A stretch of 64,000 bases of DNA from an uncultured Rhodospirillaceae bacterium (lineage in GTDB: Bacteria > Pseudomonadota > Alphaproteobacteria > Dongiales > Dongiaceae). How positions within the stretch are numbered: position 1 is the first letter of the stretch; every line of letters starts with the position of its first letter. This document shows positions 40,170-49,304 of this stretch, in pieces. The position numbers were made by a program, and so were the translations under genes. The notes beneath the pieces are model-generated. The model did not search any database. It was given only the letters and a program-made list of their open reading frames with translations, and had not been told where the DNA came from. Location of the stretch: contig CAYQAG010000002.1 of NCBI GenBank assembly GCA_964415425.1, positions 32,177 to 96,176 on the forward strand, read 5' to 3'.

Positions 40170-41972
40170 TCAAGATCGGTCCGGGGACGCCAGGATCGGC
40201 CGGTCGAATTGCCAAGCGGCGAGGCGCGCATAGAGCCCATCGGCCGCAATCAATTCGGCATGGGTGCCGATCGCGTCGATGCGGCCGCGATCCATGACGA
40301 TTATGCGATCGGCCTTGAGGATGGTGGCGAGGCGATGCGCGACGATCAACGTCGTGCGGCCGCGCATCAGGGTGTCGAGCGCTTCCTGGATCGCGCGCTC
40401 GCTTTCCGAATCGAGGGCGCTCGTCGCTTCGTCGAGCAGAAGCAAGCCGGGATTTTTGAGAATCGCCCGCGCGATGGCGATGCGCTGCTTCTGCCCGCCG
40501 GAAAGGCGCTGACCGCGTTCGCCCAAGGGTGTCGCCAAGCCTTGGGGCAGGCGATCGAGAAATTCGCCGGCATGGGCGGCTTCGATGGCGGCGCGGATTT
40601 CGGCCTCGCTCGCCGTCGGTCGCCCGTAGCGGATATTGTCAAGGGCCGAGCCGGAAAAGATCACGGGATCCTGGGGGACGAGGCCCATGGCGCTACGCAA
40701 ATCGGCCGGCGCGAAATCGCGGATATCCTGGCCGTCGAGGGTGATGCGGCCGGATTCGACGTCGTAAAAGCGCATCAGCAGATGCAGGATCGTCGTCTTG
40801 CCGGCGCCCGACGGGCCGACGATGGCGATCGTCTCGCCGGGCGCGATCGCCAACGAAACGTCTTCGAGTGCCGGCATTTCCGGGCGCGTCGGGTAGCGAA
40901 ACCCGACATGGGAAAATGCGATTTCGCCTTTGAGGGGCGCGGGCAGGGCCAGCGGATGGGCGGGCGGCGCGATTTCGGGGCGCATCGCCAGCAATTCGCG
41001 AATTCGTCCCATGGCGCCGGCGGCATGCTGCAAATCGCTCACGACTTCGGTAATGGCGCCGACGGAACCGGCGACAAGAATGGCATAGAAAACGAAGGCG
41101 GAAAGCTGTCCGGCGCTCAATCGTCCGGCGAGGACGTCGGCCCCGCCCAGCCAGAGCAGGATCGAAATCGCCCCGAAGACGAGCAGGATGACGAGCGCCG
41201 TCAGAAAAGCGCGCATCGCGAAGCGGCGGCGCGCGGCGGCGAAAGCCTGTTCGACGCGATCGGCGAAGCGGCGGCTCTCGTCCTCTTCCCGTGCGAAGGC
41301 TTGAACCGTGCGGATGCCATAGAGAACCTCGCCGGCATCGGCGGAAATCGCCGCGACTTGATCTTGCGATTGGCGCGAGAGGTTGCGCAAACGGCGGCCG
41401 AAAACGACGATCGGCGCCACCACGACCGGCACCACGATCAGGATCAGCAAAGTGAGGCGCGGGCTGGTGATCGCCAATAGAGCGAAACCGCCGATCATCA
41501 GAATCGCATTGCGCAGCGCGACCGAGGCCGAGGAGCCGATCACGGTTTGCAGCAAGGTCGTATCGGCCGTCAGGCGCGACAGAATTTCGCCGGTGCGCGT
41601 CGTTTCGAAAAAACCTGGCGAAAGCGACAGCAGATGATCGAAGACCGATTTGCGGATATCGGCGATGACGCGTTCGCCAAGCCAGGTGACGAGGTAGAAT
41701 CGCGCATAGGTCGAAAGTGCCAGCAAGACGGTCGCGCCGAAAAGCAGCAGGAGCGCCCGATCGAGGATCGCCTCGTTGCCGAGCCCGAAGCCGCTATCGA
41801 TCAGATGACGCAGAACCCAGCCGAGCCCCAAGACCGTTCCGGCGGCGACCAGCAACGCGATGCCGGCCCCCGCGATCCGCCAGCGATAGGGGCGAAGATA
41901 GGCGAGAAGATCGCGCAAGCGCCGAAGATCGCGCGCGGCCGGACGTTCGGCATTCTCTGAACGACGCGCCAT
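40170..41972 (-). CDS. ABC exporter, fused permease/ATPase (MsbA-related ABCB type)
   Basis: LGERVIADIR, TGEILSRLTADTTL, GPSGAGKTT, VPQDP, LSGGQKQR, LDEATSALD. Confidence 0.9.
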   Translation of the reverse strand: MARRSENAERPAARDLRRLRDLLAYLRPYRWRIAGAGIALLVAAGTVLGLGWVLRHLIDSGFGLGNEAILDRALLLLFGATVLLALSTYARFYLVTWLGERVIADIRKSVFDHLLSLSPGFFETTRTGEILSRLTADTTLLQTVIGSSASVALRNAILMIGGFALLAITSPRLTLLILIVVPVVVAPIVVFGRRLRNLSRQSQDQVAAISADAGEVLYGIRTVQAFAREEDESRRFADRVEQAFAAARRRFAMRAFLTALVILLVFGAISILLWLGGADVLAGRLSAGQLSAFVFYAILVAGSVGAITEVVSDLQHAAGAMGRIRELLAMRPEIAPPAHPLALPAPLKGEIAFSHVGFRYPTRPEMPALEDVSLAIAPGETIAIVGPSGAGKTTILHLLMRFYDVESGRITLDGQDIRDFAPADLRSAMGLVPQDPVIFSGSALDNIRYGRPTASEAEIRAAIEAAHAGEFLDRLPQGLATPLGERGQRLSGGQKQRIAIARAILKNPGLLLLDEATSALDSESERAIQEALDTLMRGRTTLIVAHRLATILKADRIIVMDRGRIDAIGTHAELIAADGLYARLAAWQFDRPILASPDRS

Positions 41973-41974
41973 GA

Positions 41975-42289
41975 TCAGCGCGCAATCCGGATCGCGCGGC
42001 CGAGTCTTGCCGAAAATTCCGCATCGAGCAGATCGCGCAAGTCGGCGCCGCCGCGCGTCGAGCGCCATTCGCTCCCCTGATGGCGGAAGTGATGCGCGCC
42101 GCTCGTCGGGCTGGAAAGCCAGATTTCCCGATTGGGCATATGTCGGTTGATGAGGTAAGTCGCACCATCGGCGAAGACGATCTTCAAAATGCCGTCGGCG
42201 AGTTCGGCATCCTCGGCCTGGTCGGCGAGAGCGGCCTCGATCCGGGCGAGACATTCGTCCGCTAAGGCGCGAAAATCGCTGTCTTGCAT
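41975..42289 (-). CDS. cyaY: Frataxin-family iron donor CyaY
   Basis: DGILKIVF, YLINRH.PNREIWLSSP.SGAHHF, W..TR. Confidence 0.9.
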   Translation of the reverse strand: MQDSDFRALADECLARIEAALADQAEDAELADGILKIVFADGATYLINRHMPNREIWLSSPTSGAHHFRHQGSEWRSTRGGADLRDLLDAEFSARLGRAIRIAR

Positions 42290-42390
42290 CGGCGGGGTTC
42301 CTCGAATTTCTCCGAATCCTTCGGCGCTCCGGAATCTTCCGCCCTGCGTCGGCGGCAGATTTCCTTTCTTCTATAATATGTTAACCGGAC

Positions 42391-42419
42391 TTGCCAGGGC
42401 TTGGCGAGACCTGTATAAC
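42391..42419 (+). promoter_or_regulatory. sigma70-like promoter of rpmE
   Basis: TTGCCA-N17-TATAAC. Confidence 0.65.
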
Positions 42420-42459
42420 CGCGCCCGATCCCCAATTCGGCGATAGCGGAGTTCCGGCC

Positions 42460-42690
42460 ATGAAGCCCAAGATTCACCCCGATTACCACGAGATCAACGT
42501 GGTCATGACCGATGGCAGCAAATTCACCACCCGGTCGACCTATGGCAAGGCCGGCGATACGCTGACCCTCGACATCGATCCCAAATCGCATCCGGCCTGG
42601 ACGGGCGTGCATCGCCTCGTCGATTCCGGCGGTCAGCTGGCGAAATTCAATAAGCGCTTCCAGGGCATCGGCCTCGGCAAGAAGAAGTAG
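42460..42690 (+). CDS. rpmE: 50S ribosomal protein L31
   Basis: [33 protein letters not shown]. Confidence 0.96.
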   Translation: MKPKIHPDYHEINVVMTDGSKFTTRSTYGKAGDTLTLDIDPKSHPAWTGVHRLVDSGGQLAKFNKRFQGIGLGKKK

Positions 42691-42736
42691 CCACGGCCCT
42701 TGCCGGGCTCGGACCCGCGCGGGAGAAAATCCTTCC

Positions 42737-43216
42737 TTGCGCAGGGTGCCTCGCCTTGCCCGGATCGACGAAATGCCGGTGATCGCCGCGCTTCTCGGGC
42801 GCGCTTTCGGCGAATATCGCGGTCTTCTCCATCCCGAACCCGGCGCCTTGCGCGAAACGGCGGAAAGCCTTCGCGACGCCTTGACGCGCGGCGTCTTCTG
42901 GGTCGGCGAAGAAGACCGGGAGGTTGTCGCCTGCCTATTCGTCGAGAAAAGGCCGCAAGGTGCCTATATCGGCCGATTGGCGGTCGATCCTCACCATCGC
43001 CGGTGCGGCTGGGCGCAAAGGCTGATCGCGGCCGCCGAGGAAGCGGCTAGGCGGGATGGGGCGGAAAAGCTGGAACTCGGCGTCCGCATCGCGCTTGCCC
43101 ACAATATCGCGCTTTTCGAGAAGCTCGGCTTTCGCATCACCGGCGCGCGTGCCCATCCCGGTTTTGCCGTACCCACTTGGTATGTCATGGAAAAGCGCTT
43201 GGTCGATCGGCGTTGA
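42737..43216 (+). CDS. GNAT family N-acetyltransferase
   Basis: YIGRLAVDPHHRRCGWAQRLI motif A; NIALFEKLGF. Start uncertain. Confidence 0.8.
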   Translation: MRRVPRLARIDEMPVIAALLGRAFGEYRGLLHPEPGALRETAESLRDALTRGVFWVGEEDREVVACLFVEKRPQGAYIGRLAVDPHHRRCGWAQRLIAAAEEAARRDGAEKLELGVRIALAHNIALFEKLGFRITGARAHPGFAVPTWYVMEKRLVDRR

Positions 43217-43229
43217 GCGGCGCCTTTTC

Positions 43230-43258
43230 TTGCCTTGCCGGGGCCGGGTCGTTATAGT
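43230..43258 (+). promoter_or_regulatory. sigma70-like promoter of the NDUFA12-mlaD operon
   Basis: TTGCCT-N17-TATAGT. Confidence 0.6.
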
Positions 43259-43301
43259 CGGCGCCGCCTCGAAACTGAGATTAAGCCGTCGGTTAGGGAT
43301 C

Positions 43302-43655
43302 ATGACCATCGGGACGCGATTGTTTTCTTTTCTTTTCGGCAAATGCGTCGGCCGCGACCAATTCGGCCATCGCTATTATGTCGATCGACGCTCGGCGGGG
43401 ACCAAGCGCGAACGGCGCTGGGTGATCTATAAGGGCGAGGCGGAGGCAAGCCGCGTGCCGCCCGAATGGCATGCTTGGCTTCACCATAATCGCGCCGTGC
43501 CGCCGGAAGAGACGGGTTCCGCTTATGCTTGGCAGAAACCGCATCAGCCCAATCTGACGGGAACCGACCTTGCCTATCGGCCGCCGGGTCATGTCCTGGC
43601 GGGCGGGCAGCGCGCGCCGCAGAGCGGCGATTACGAAGCTTGGTCGCCGCAATAA
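43302..43655 (+). CDS. NADH:ubiquinone oxidoreductase subunit NDUFA12 family
   Basis: VGRDQFGHRYY, RRWVIY.G.AEASRVPPEWHAWLH, WQKPHQPNLTGT..AYRP.G, YEAW.P. Confidence 0.9.
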   Translation: MTIGTRLFSFLFGKCVGRDQFGHRYYVDRRSAGTKRERRWVIYKGEAEASRVPPEWHAWLHHNRAVPPEETGSAYAWQKPHQPNLTGTDLAYRPPGHVLAGGQRAPQSGDYEAWSPQ

Positions 43656-43677
43656 GCGAAGGAACGGATAGGTAGCC

Positions 43678-44133
43678 ATGCGCCGCAATGTCATCGAAAC
43701 CATCATGGGTGCCGTGGTGATCGCCGCGGCGGCGGCTTTCCTCTACGTCATCTATACCGGCAGCGGCATCAGCGAGGATCGCGGCGGCTACGATCTCGTC
43801 ATCCGTTTCGATAGCGGCGGTTCGACCTTGCCGGGAACCGATGTGCGGATGAGCGGGGTCAAGATCGGCGCCGTCACCGATCAGCGCTTCGATCCCGAAG
43901 CCTATCAGGCCGTCGTCACCATCAATATCGACGACGCCGTGAAATTGCCGAAGGACAGTTCGGCCGTCGTCACCAGCGATGGTCTTCTGGGCGGCGCCTA
44001 TATCAAGCTTCTGCCCGGCGCCGAGGAGGAAATGCTGAAGTCCGGCGATCGCATCCAAAATGCGCAAGGCGCGCTCGATCTTGCCGATCTCATCACCAAA
44101 TTCGTCGCCGGGGGCGATGACAAGACGCCGTGA
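43678..44133 (+). CDS. mlaD: MlaD / MCE-domain protein
   Basis: IETIMGAVV TM, GTDVRMSGVKIGAV, SDGLLGGAYIKL.PG. Confidence 0.88.
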   Translation: MRRNVIETIMGAVVIAAAAAFLYVIYTGSGISEDRGGYDLVIRFDSGGSTLPGTDVRMSGVKIGAVTDQRFDPEAYQAVVTINIDDAVKLPKDSSAVVTSDGLLGGAYIKLLPGAEEEMLKSGDRIQNAQGALDLADLITKFVAGGDDKTP

Positions 44134-44375
44134 GCATGGCTGCTTCCCGACCGGATCAGGATTTCCAGCCGCCGCTCTGGCTCGATGCCGAGGGCAAGCC
44201 CGTCTCCTGCCTCGAAAAGATCAAGATCCTCAATCAGAATCTCGCGGAGATTCGTGCGCTCGCGCGCGATGCGCTGGAAGATGCAGTGCTGATGGGTTGC
44301 GACGAGGCGCAGATTCGCCGCGTCTTCGCCGATCTTTTGAGCGATCTTCAATCCGCCTATCGCCGCCGCTCCTGA
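44130..44375 (+). CDS. Conserved hypothetical protein
   Basis: W...G.PVSC.EKIKILNQNL.E......DALEDAVLMGCDE.Q. GTGA and TGATG overlaps with its neighbours. Confidence 0.7.
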   Translation: MSMAASRPDQDFQPPLWLDAEGKPVSCLEKIKILNQNLAEIRALARDALEDAVLMGCDEAQIRRVFADLLSDLQSAYRRRS

Positions 44376-44770
44376 TGCGCAGTTTTTCCATCGCCGCCTT
44401 GGCTGTCTTCGTTCTGGCGCCCGGCCTCGCCGGCGCCGTGCCGGCCGATACCGCTGTGCTACAGGCCATGGACAAGATCACGGCGCGGGTCTCGCGCCTC
44501 GAAGTTGCCGTTGGAACCACGATCGAGTTCGGCGCGCTCAGCATCGCGGTGCGCGCTTGCGACAAGGCGCCGCCCGAGGAAACGCCGGAAGCTTCGGCCT
44601 TTCTCGAAATCTCGGAGAAACGTCAGGGCGAGGCGGAGGCGCTGCGTTTTCAGGGCTGGATGTTCGCGTCGAGCCCGGCTTTATCGGCGATGGAGCATCC
44701 CGTTTACGATATCTGGGTCGTGGATTGCGTCAATAAATCTTCGAGCGCGCCCGGCGGCAATTCGCCGTAG
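44375..44770 (+). CDS. DUF2155 family protein
   Basis: LQAMDKITARV, FGALSIAVRAC...PPEE, FQGWMFASSPALSAMEHPVYDIWV.DC. Confidence 0.88.
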   Translation: MRSFSIAALAVFVLAPGLAGAVPADTAVLQAMDKITARVSRLEVAVGTTIEFGALSIAVRACDKAPPEETPEASAFLEISEKRQGEAEALRFQGWMFASSPALSAMEHPVYDIWVVDCVNKSSSAPGGNSP

Positions 44771-45375
44771 AACCGCGCCGGCGCCGCCAGGGCGGACGCC
44801 AATTTCTGCCGATATTCGGCGCGGGGAATCTCGATGGCGCCGAAGCGACCGAGATGGTCGGTCAGGAATTGCGTATCGAGCAGGCGATAATTCCCGGCCC
44901 GCAATCGCGCGACCAAATGGACGAGCGCGATCTTGCTGGCATCGGTCTCGCGGCTGAACATGCTTTCGCCGAAGAAGGCGGCATTGAGAGCGATGCCGTA
45001 AAGCCCGCCGACCAGGGCGGTGCCGCGCCAAATCTCAATGCTATGCGCATGGCCCATAGCGAAGAGGCGGCAGCAGAGATCGAAGATGGTGGCGTTGATC
45101 CAGCTTTCCCGCCTTCCCGGCGCCGGTTCGGCGCAGGCGCGCACAATTTCGGCGAAGGCGAGATCGCTGGTGATGCGGAAATCGCTTTGCCGCAACGTCT
45201 TGCGCAAGGAGCGCGGCACGTGGAAGCGGTCGAGCGGAATGATGCCGCGGCTTTCGGGGTCGAGCCAATAGAGCGCGGGATCATCGCGGGTCTCGGCCAT
45301 CGGAAAGACGCCCAACGCATAGGCGCGCAGCAGCATTTCGGGCGTGAGATCGGGGTGCGGCAACCGATTGGACAT
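44704..45375 (-). CDS. aat: Leucyl/phenylalanyl-tRNA--protein transferase
   Basis: LLRAYALGVFPMAE, AHSIEIW, LVGGLYG, FFGESMFS, DASKIAL, LLDTQF.T.HL. Confidence 0.95.
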   Translation of the reverse strand: MSNRLPHPDLTPEMLLRAYALGVFPMAETRDDPALYWLDPESRGIIPLDRFHVPRSLRKTLRQSDFRITSDLAFAEIVRACAEPAPGRRESWINATIFDLCCRLFAMGHAHSIEIWRGTALVGGLYGIALNAAFFGESMFSRETDASKIALVHLVARLRAGNYRLLDTQFLTDHLGRFGAIEIPRAEYRQKLASALAAPARFYGELPPGALEDLLTQSTTQIS

Positions 45376-45424
45376 GGATCGCCTCGGCGAATCGCTGCTT
45401 ACTCAGCATAAGCGCGATCGGCGG

Positions 45425-45456
45425 AAAGAAAAAGGGAGGGGCGAAACGCCCCTCCC
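45425..45456 (-). terminator. Intrinsic terminator after the glycerol ABC operon
   Basis: 10-bp stem GGGAGGGGCG/CGCCCCTCCC followed by a U-rich tract on the minus strand. Confidence 0.8.
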
Positions 45457-45483
45457 CGAAGGTCGAACCGGAAAGTCCGTCGC

Positions 45484-47214
45484 TTATTGCGGCGGATTGG
45501 CCGGCCAGCTCTGAATGAGCGTGTCGTAATCGATGGTCTCGCCCTGCGGCTTTTCGTTCTCCAGCTTGGGCTTCGGTTCGCCCGGCTGGTCGAACCAGTA
45601 TTGCGCATCCTGCTCGGGATTGAGCTTCGGACCGCATTCGCCCTGGACGCCGGCCTTCTCCAACCGCGCCAGAACGTCGTCCTGGGCGGCGGCAAGAGCG
45701 TCCATCGCTTCCTGCGGCGTCTTCGCGCCGGAAGAAGCATCGCCGATATTCTGCCACCAGAGCTGCGCCAGCTTCGGATAATCCGGCACGTTAGACCCGG
45801 TCGGCGTCCATTGCAGGCGGGCCGGCGAGCGATAGAACTCGATCAGACCGCCGAGCTTGGGCGCGCGTTCGGTGAAGCTCTTGTCCCAAATGTCGCTCTC
45901 GCGGATGAAGGTCAAGCCGACATGGCTCTTCTTCAGCGAGACCGTCTTGGAGACCGTGAATTGCGCGTAGAGCCAAGCGGCCTTAGCGCGATCGGTCGGC
46001 GTCGATTTCAGCAACGTCCAGGACCCGGCATCCTGATAGCCGAGCTTCATGCCTTCTTCCCAATAAGCGCCGTGCGGCGATGGCGCCATGCGCCATTTCG
46101 GCGTGCCGTCGGCATTGACGACCGGCAGACCGTCTTTCACCATGTCGGCGGTGAAGGCGGTATACCAGAACATCTGCTGGGCGATCGATCCCTGCGCCGG
46201 GACCGGGCCCGCTTCCGAGAAGGTCATGCCGGCGGCATTGGGCGGCGCATAGGCCTTCAGCCAATCGACATATTTCTGCACGGCATAGACGGCGGAAGGC
46301 GCATTGGTGCCGCCGCCGCGCGTGACCGAGGAGCCGACCGGACGGCAGCCTTCCATGCGGATGCCCCATTCGTCGACGGGGAGACCGTTCGGAATGCCCT
46401 TATCGCCTTCGCCGGCCATGGAGAGCCAAGCGTCGGTGAAGCGCCAGCCGAGCGAGGGGTCCTTCTTGCCGTAATCCATATGGCCGAAGATGCCTGTCTG
46501 ACCGAGCACGGCTTCGACTTCCGGATTGTTGGTGAAGAACTGCGCGATATCCTCATAGGCCGACCAATTGACCGGAACGCCAAGATCATAGCCGTATTTG
46601 GCCTTGAACATTTCCTTGATCTTGGGATTGGTGAACCAGTCGTAGCGGAACCAATAGAGATTGGCGAATTGCTGGTCGGGCAGCTGATAGAGCTTGCCGT
46701 CCGGCCCGGTGGTGAAGCTCTTGCCGATGAAATCGTCGACGTCGAGGCCGGGATTGGTCACATCCTTGCCTTCGCCGACCATCCAATCGGAGAGCGGCAC
46801 CACCTGCTGATAGCGATAATGCGTGCCGATGAGATCGGAATCGTTGATCCAGGCGTCGTAGATGTTCTTACCGGATTGCATCTGCGTCTGGATCTTCTCG
46901 ACCACGTCGCCTTCCTGGATCAGGTCGTGATTGACCTTAATGCCGGTGATTTCGTAGAAGGCCTTGGCCAGCGTCTTCGCTTCGTATTCGTGCGTGGTGA
47001 TGGTTTCGGAGACGACGTTGATCTCCATCCCCTGGAATGGCGCCGCCGCATTGATGAACCATTCCATTTCCTTCATCTGCTCTTCCTTGGAGAGAGTCGA
47101 AGGTTGGAACTCCGAATCCACCCATTTCTGAGCGGCCGCCATATCCGCCAAAGCGGATCCGGCGGCGATGACGAGGGCGAGCGAACTCACCGTCGTCAGA
47201 GCTAATCGTCGCAT
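45484..47214 (-). CDS. glpV: Glycerol ABC transporter substrate-binding protein
   Basis: Signal peptide; QKWVDSEFQPSTLS, VVSETITTHEYE, LPDQQFANLYWFRYDWF, HMDYGKKDPSLGWRFTDAW; context with glpD/glpR. Confidence 0.82.
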   Translation of the reverse strand: MRRLALTTVSSLALVIAAGSALADMAAAQKWVDSEFQPSTLSKEEQMKEMEWFINAAAPFQGMEINVVSETITTHEYEAKTLAKAFYEITGIKVNHDLIQEGDVVEKIQTQMQSGKNIYDAWINDSDLIGTHYRYQQVVPLSDWMVGEGKDVTNPGLDVDDFIGKSFTTGPDGKLYQLPDQQFANLYWFRYDWFTNPKIKEMFKAKYGYDLGVPVNWSAYEDIAQFFTNNPEVEAVLGQTGIFGHMDYGKKDPSLGWRFTDAWLSMAGEGDKGIPNGLPVDEWGIRMEGCRPVGSSVTRGGGTNAPSAVYAVQKYVDWLKAYAPPNAAGMTFSEAGPVPAQGSIAQQMFWYTAFTADMVKDGLPVVNADGTPKWRMAPSPHGAYWEEGMKLGYQDAGSWTLLKSTPTDRAKAAWLYAQFTVSKTVSLKKSHVGLTFIRESDIWDKSFTERAPKLGGLIEFYRSPARLQWTPTGSNVPDYPKLAQLWWQNIGDASSGAKTPQEAMDALAAAQDDVLARLEKAGVQGECGPKLNPEQDAQYWFDQPGEPKPKLENEKPQGETIDYDTLIQSWPANPPQ

Positions 47215-47245
47215 GTTGGACCTCCCATTTTTGCGACCTCCATAT

Positions 47246-47265
47246 GCGCCGGGAATTCCCGGCGC
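47246..47265. repeat. 20-bp perfect palindrome between glpU and glpV
   Basis: GCGCCGGGAATTCCCGGCGC is self-complementary. Confidence 0.7.
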
Positions 47266-47284
47266 GCGAACCGATCTTCTCGAT

Positions 47285-47587
47285 CTAGACCCAGCGGAAC
47301 ACCGCGACGGCATAGATCAGGGCTAGACCGGAAGCCCAGTAAAGCTCGATCTGGGTCAAGCCCAGCCAAGCCAGATGAATGTAGGCGGAACCCAGCAAAG
47401 CGATGAACAACCGATCGCCGCGCGTCGTGGCGATCCTGAGAATACCGACCCGCTCGACCGACGGCGAGACTCTCTGCCAGATCGACATGGCGAGAAACAT
47501 GACCGCCACGGATAGAAAGAAGATACCCGTCGGCCAGGTCCAGGCCATCCAAGCGATGTCGAAGGCGAAGCCGCTTTCCTGATCCAT
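47285..47587 (-). CDS. glpU: DUF2160 small membrane protein of glycerol ABC operons
   Basis: WMAWTWPT..FF, ERVGILRIATTRGDRLFIALLGSAYIHLAWLGL. Confidence 0.82.
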   Translation of the reverse strand: MDQESGFAFDIAWMAWTWPTGIFFLSVAVMFLAMSIWQRVSPSVERVGILRIATTRGDRLFIALLGSAYIHLAWLGLTQIELYWASGLALIYAVAVFRWV

Positions 47588-47605
47588 GACGTCGTTCCTC
47601 GCTGC

Positions 47606-48403
47606 TCAGACGCGCCCCAGGGCAAAGCCCTTGGCGATGTAATTGCGCACGAACCAGATGACGATGGCGCCGGGAATGATGGTGAGAATGCCGGCGGCGG
47701 CTAACACACCCCAATCGATGCCGGCAGCGGAAATCGTCCGCGTCATGGTGGCGGCGATCGGTTTCGCATCGACGGTCGTCAATGTGCGCGCGATCAGCAA
47801 TTCGACCCAGCTGAACATGAAGCAGAAAAAGGCGGCGACGCCGATCCCGGAGGCGATCAGCGGCACGAAGATGCGCAGGAAGAAGCGCGGGAAGCGATAG
47901 CCGTCGATATAAGCAGTCTCGTCGATCTCGCGCGGCACGCCGGACATGAACCCTTCCAGAATCCAAACGGCCAGCGGCACGTTGAACAGGCAATGCGCCA
48001 GCGCCACGGCGATATGCGTATCGAAAAGGCCGAGCGAGGAATAAAGCTGGAAGAAGGGCAAAGCGAAAACCGCCGGCGGCGCCATGCGATTGGAAAGCAG
48101 CCAGAAGAACAGATGCTTGTCGCCGAGGAAACGATAGCGCGAAAAGGCATAGGCCGCGGGCAGGGCAAGCGAAATGGAAATGACGGTATTGAGCAGGACA
48201 TAAATCAGCGAATTGATATAACCGCCATACCAGGATTGATCGGTGAAGATGACCGCATAATTGGCGAGCGTCGGCGCCTGCGGCCAAAGCGTGAGGCCGG
48301 TAAGAATTTCCGCATTCGATTTCAGGCTCATATTGAGCAGCCAATAGATCGGCAGCAGCAAGAAGAGCAGATAAAGCACGATGACGATGGGTTTGAGGCG
48401 CAT
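47606..48403 (-). CDS. glpQ: Carbohydrate ABC permease
   Basis: LPIYWLLNMS, RMAPPAV, EGFMSGVPREIDETAYIDG EAA loop. Confidence 0.85.
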   Translation of the reverse strand: MRLKPIVIVLYLLFLLLPIYWLLNMSLKSNAEILTGLTLWPQAPTLANYAVIFTDQSWYGGYINSLIYVLLNTVISISLALPAAYAFSRYRFLGDKHLFFWLLSNRMAPPAVFALPFFQLYSSLGLFDTHIAVALAHCLFNVPLAVWILEGFMSGVPREIDETAYIDGYRFPRFFLRIFVPLIASGIGVAAFFCFMFSWVELLIARTLTTVDAKPIAATMTRTISAAGIDWGVLAAAGILTIIPGAIVIWFVRNYIAKGFALGRV

Positions 48404-48404
48404 C

Positions 48405-49301
48405 TTAACCTCCCCGGCGGCGGGTAGGCTGTCCGGTCGCGGTCATCACCGTGTAGAAGACCCAGCAGACCAGCAGCACGATCAGGAAATAGACGATGGA
48501 ATAGGCGGCGGCGCGGCCGAGATCGAATTGACCGAGCGCCATCTTGACGAGATCGATCGAAAGGAAAGTCGTCGAATTGCCGGGGCCGCCGCCCGTCAGG
48601 ACGAAAGGCTCGGTATAGATCATGAAGGAATCCATGAACCGCAAAAGAACCGCGATGATGAGAACGCGGTTCATCTTCGGCAGTTGAATGTAACGGAAGA
48701 CGGCGAGCCGCGAGGCGCCGTCGATACGGGCCGCCTGATAATAGGCATCGGGTATGGCTTTCAGCCCGGCATAGCAGAGCAGGGCGACGAGGCTCGTCCA
48801 ATGCCAGACATCCATGACGATGATGGTGATCCAGGCATCGGGCGTATTGAGCGTGTAATTGTAGGCAATGCCGAGATGATTGACGATCCAGCCCAGGAGG
48901 CCGATATCCTCGCGGCCGAAGACCTGCCAGATCGTGCCGACGACATTCCCCGGAATGAGCAGCGGCAGGGCCATCAGCACGAGGCAGAGCGCGACGCCGC
49001 CGCCGCGTCGCGGCATGGCGAGCGCGATGCCGATGCCGAGCGGAATCTCGATGCCGAGCACGATCAGCGAGAAGATCAGATTGCGCCAAAGCGAATCGAA
49101 GAAGCGACCGCCGACATCGGAGGTCGGGTCGAGCAATTCCTGATACCAGCCGACGCCGTTCCAGAAGAATTCGTTATTGCCGAAAGTATCCTGAACCGAA
49201 TAATTGACGACCGTCATCAGCGGCAGAATCGCGCTGAAAGCGACGATCAGGAAGACCGGCAGCACGAAGAACCAAGCGCGATTGTCGAAGGGTTTATCCA
49301 T
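48405..49301 (-). CDS. glpP: Carbohydrate ABC permease
   Basis: NYSVQDTFGNN, DVWHWTSLV, YYQAARIDGAS, LRFMDSF.IYTEPF. Confidence 0.85.
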   Translation of the reverse strand: MDKPFDNRAWFFVLPVFLIVAFSAILPLMTVVNYSVQDTFGNNEFFWNGVGWYQELLDPTSDVGGRFFDSLWRNLIFSLIVLGIEIPLGIGIALAMPRRGGGVALCLVLMALPLLIPGNVVGTIWQVFGREDIGLLGWIVNHLGIAYNYTLNTPDAWITIIVMDVWHWTSLVALLCYAGLKAIPDAYYQAARIDGASRLAVFRYIQLPKMNRVLIIAVLLRFMDSFMIYTEPFVLTGGGPGNSTTFLSIDLVKMALGQFDLGRAAAYSIVYFLIVLLVCWVFYTVMTATGQPTRRRGG

Positions 49302-49304
49302 CGG

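Noticed and set aside
40170-41972. ABC exporter as the T1SS for the RTX proteins
   Set aside because: No C39/CLD N-terminal domain and no adjacent HlyD or TolC; motifs fit an MsbA-related exporter.
44704-44770. 67-bp convergent overlap of DUF2155 and aat
   Set aside because: Short tail-to-tail overlaps are common; nothing indicates a special function.
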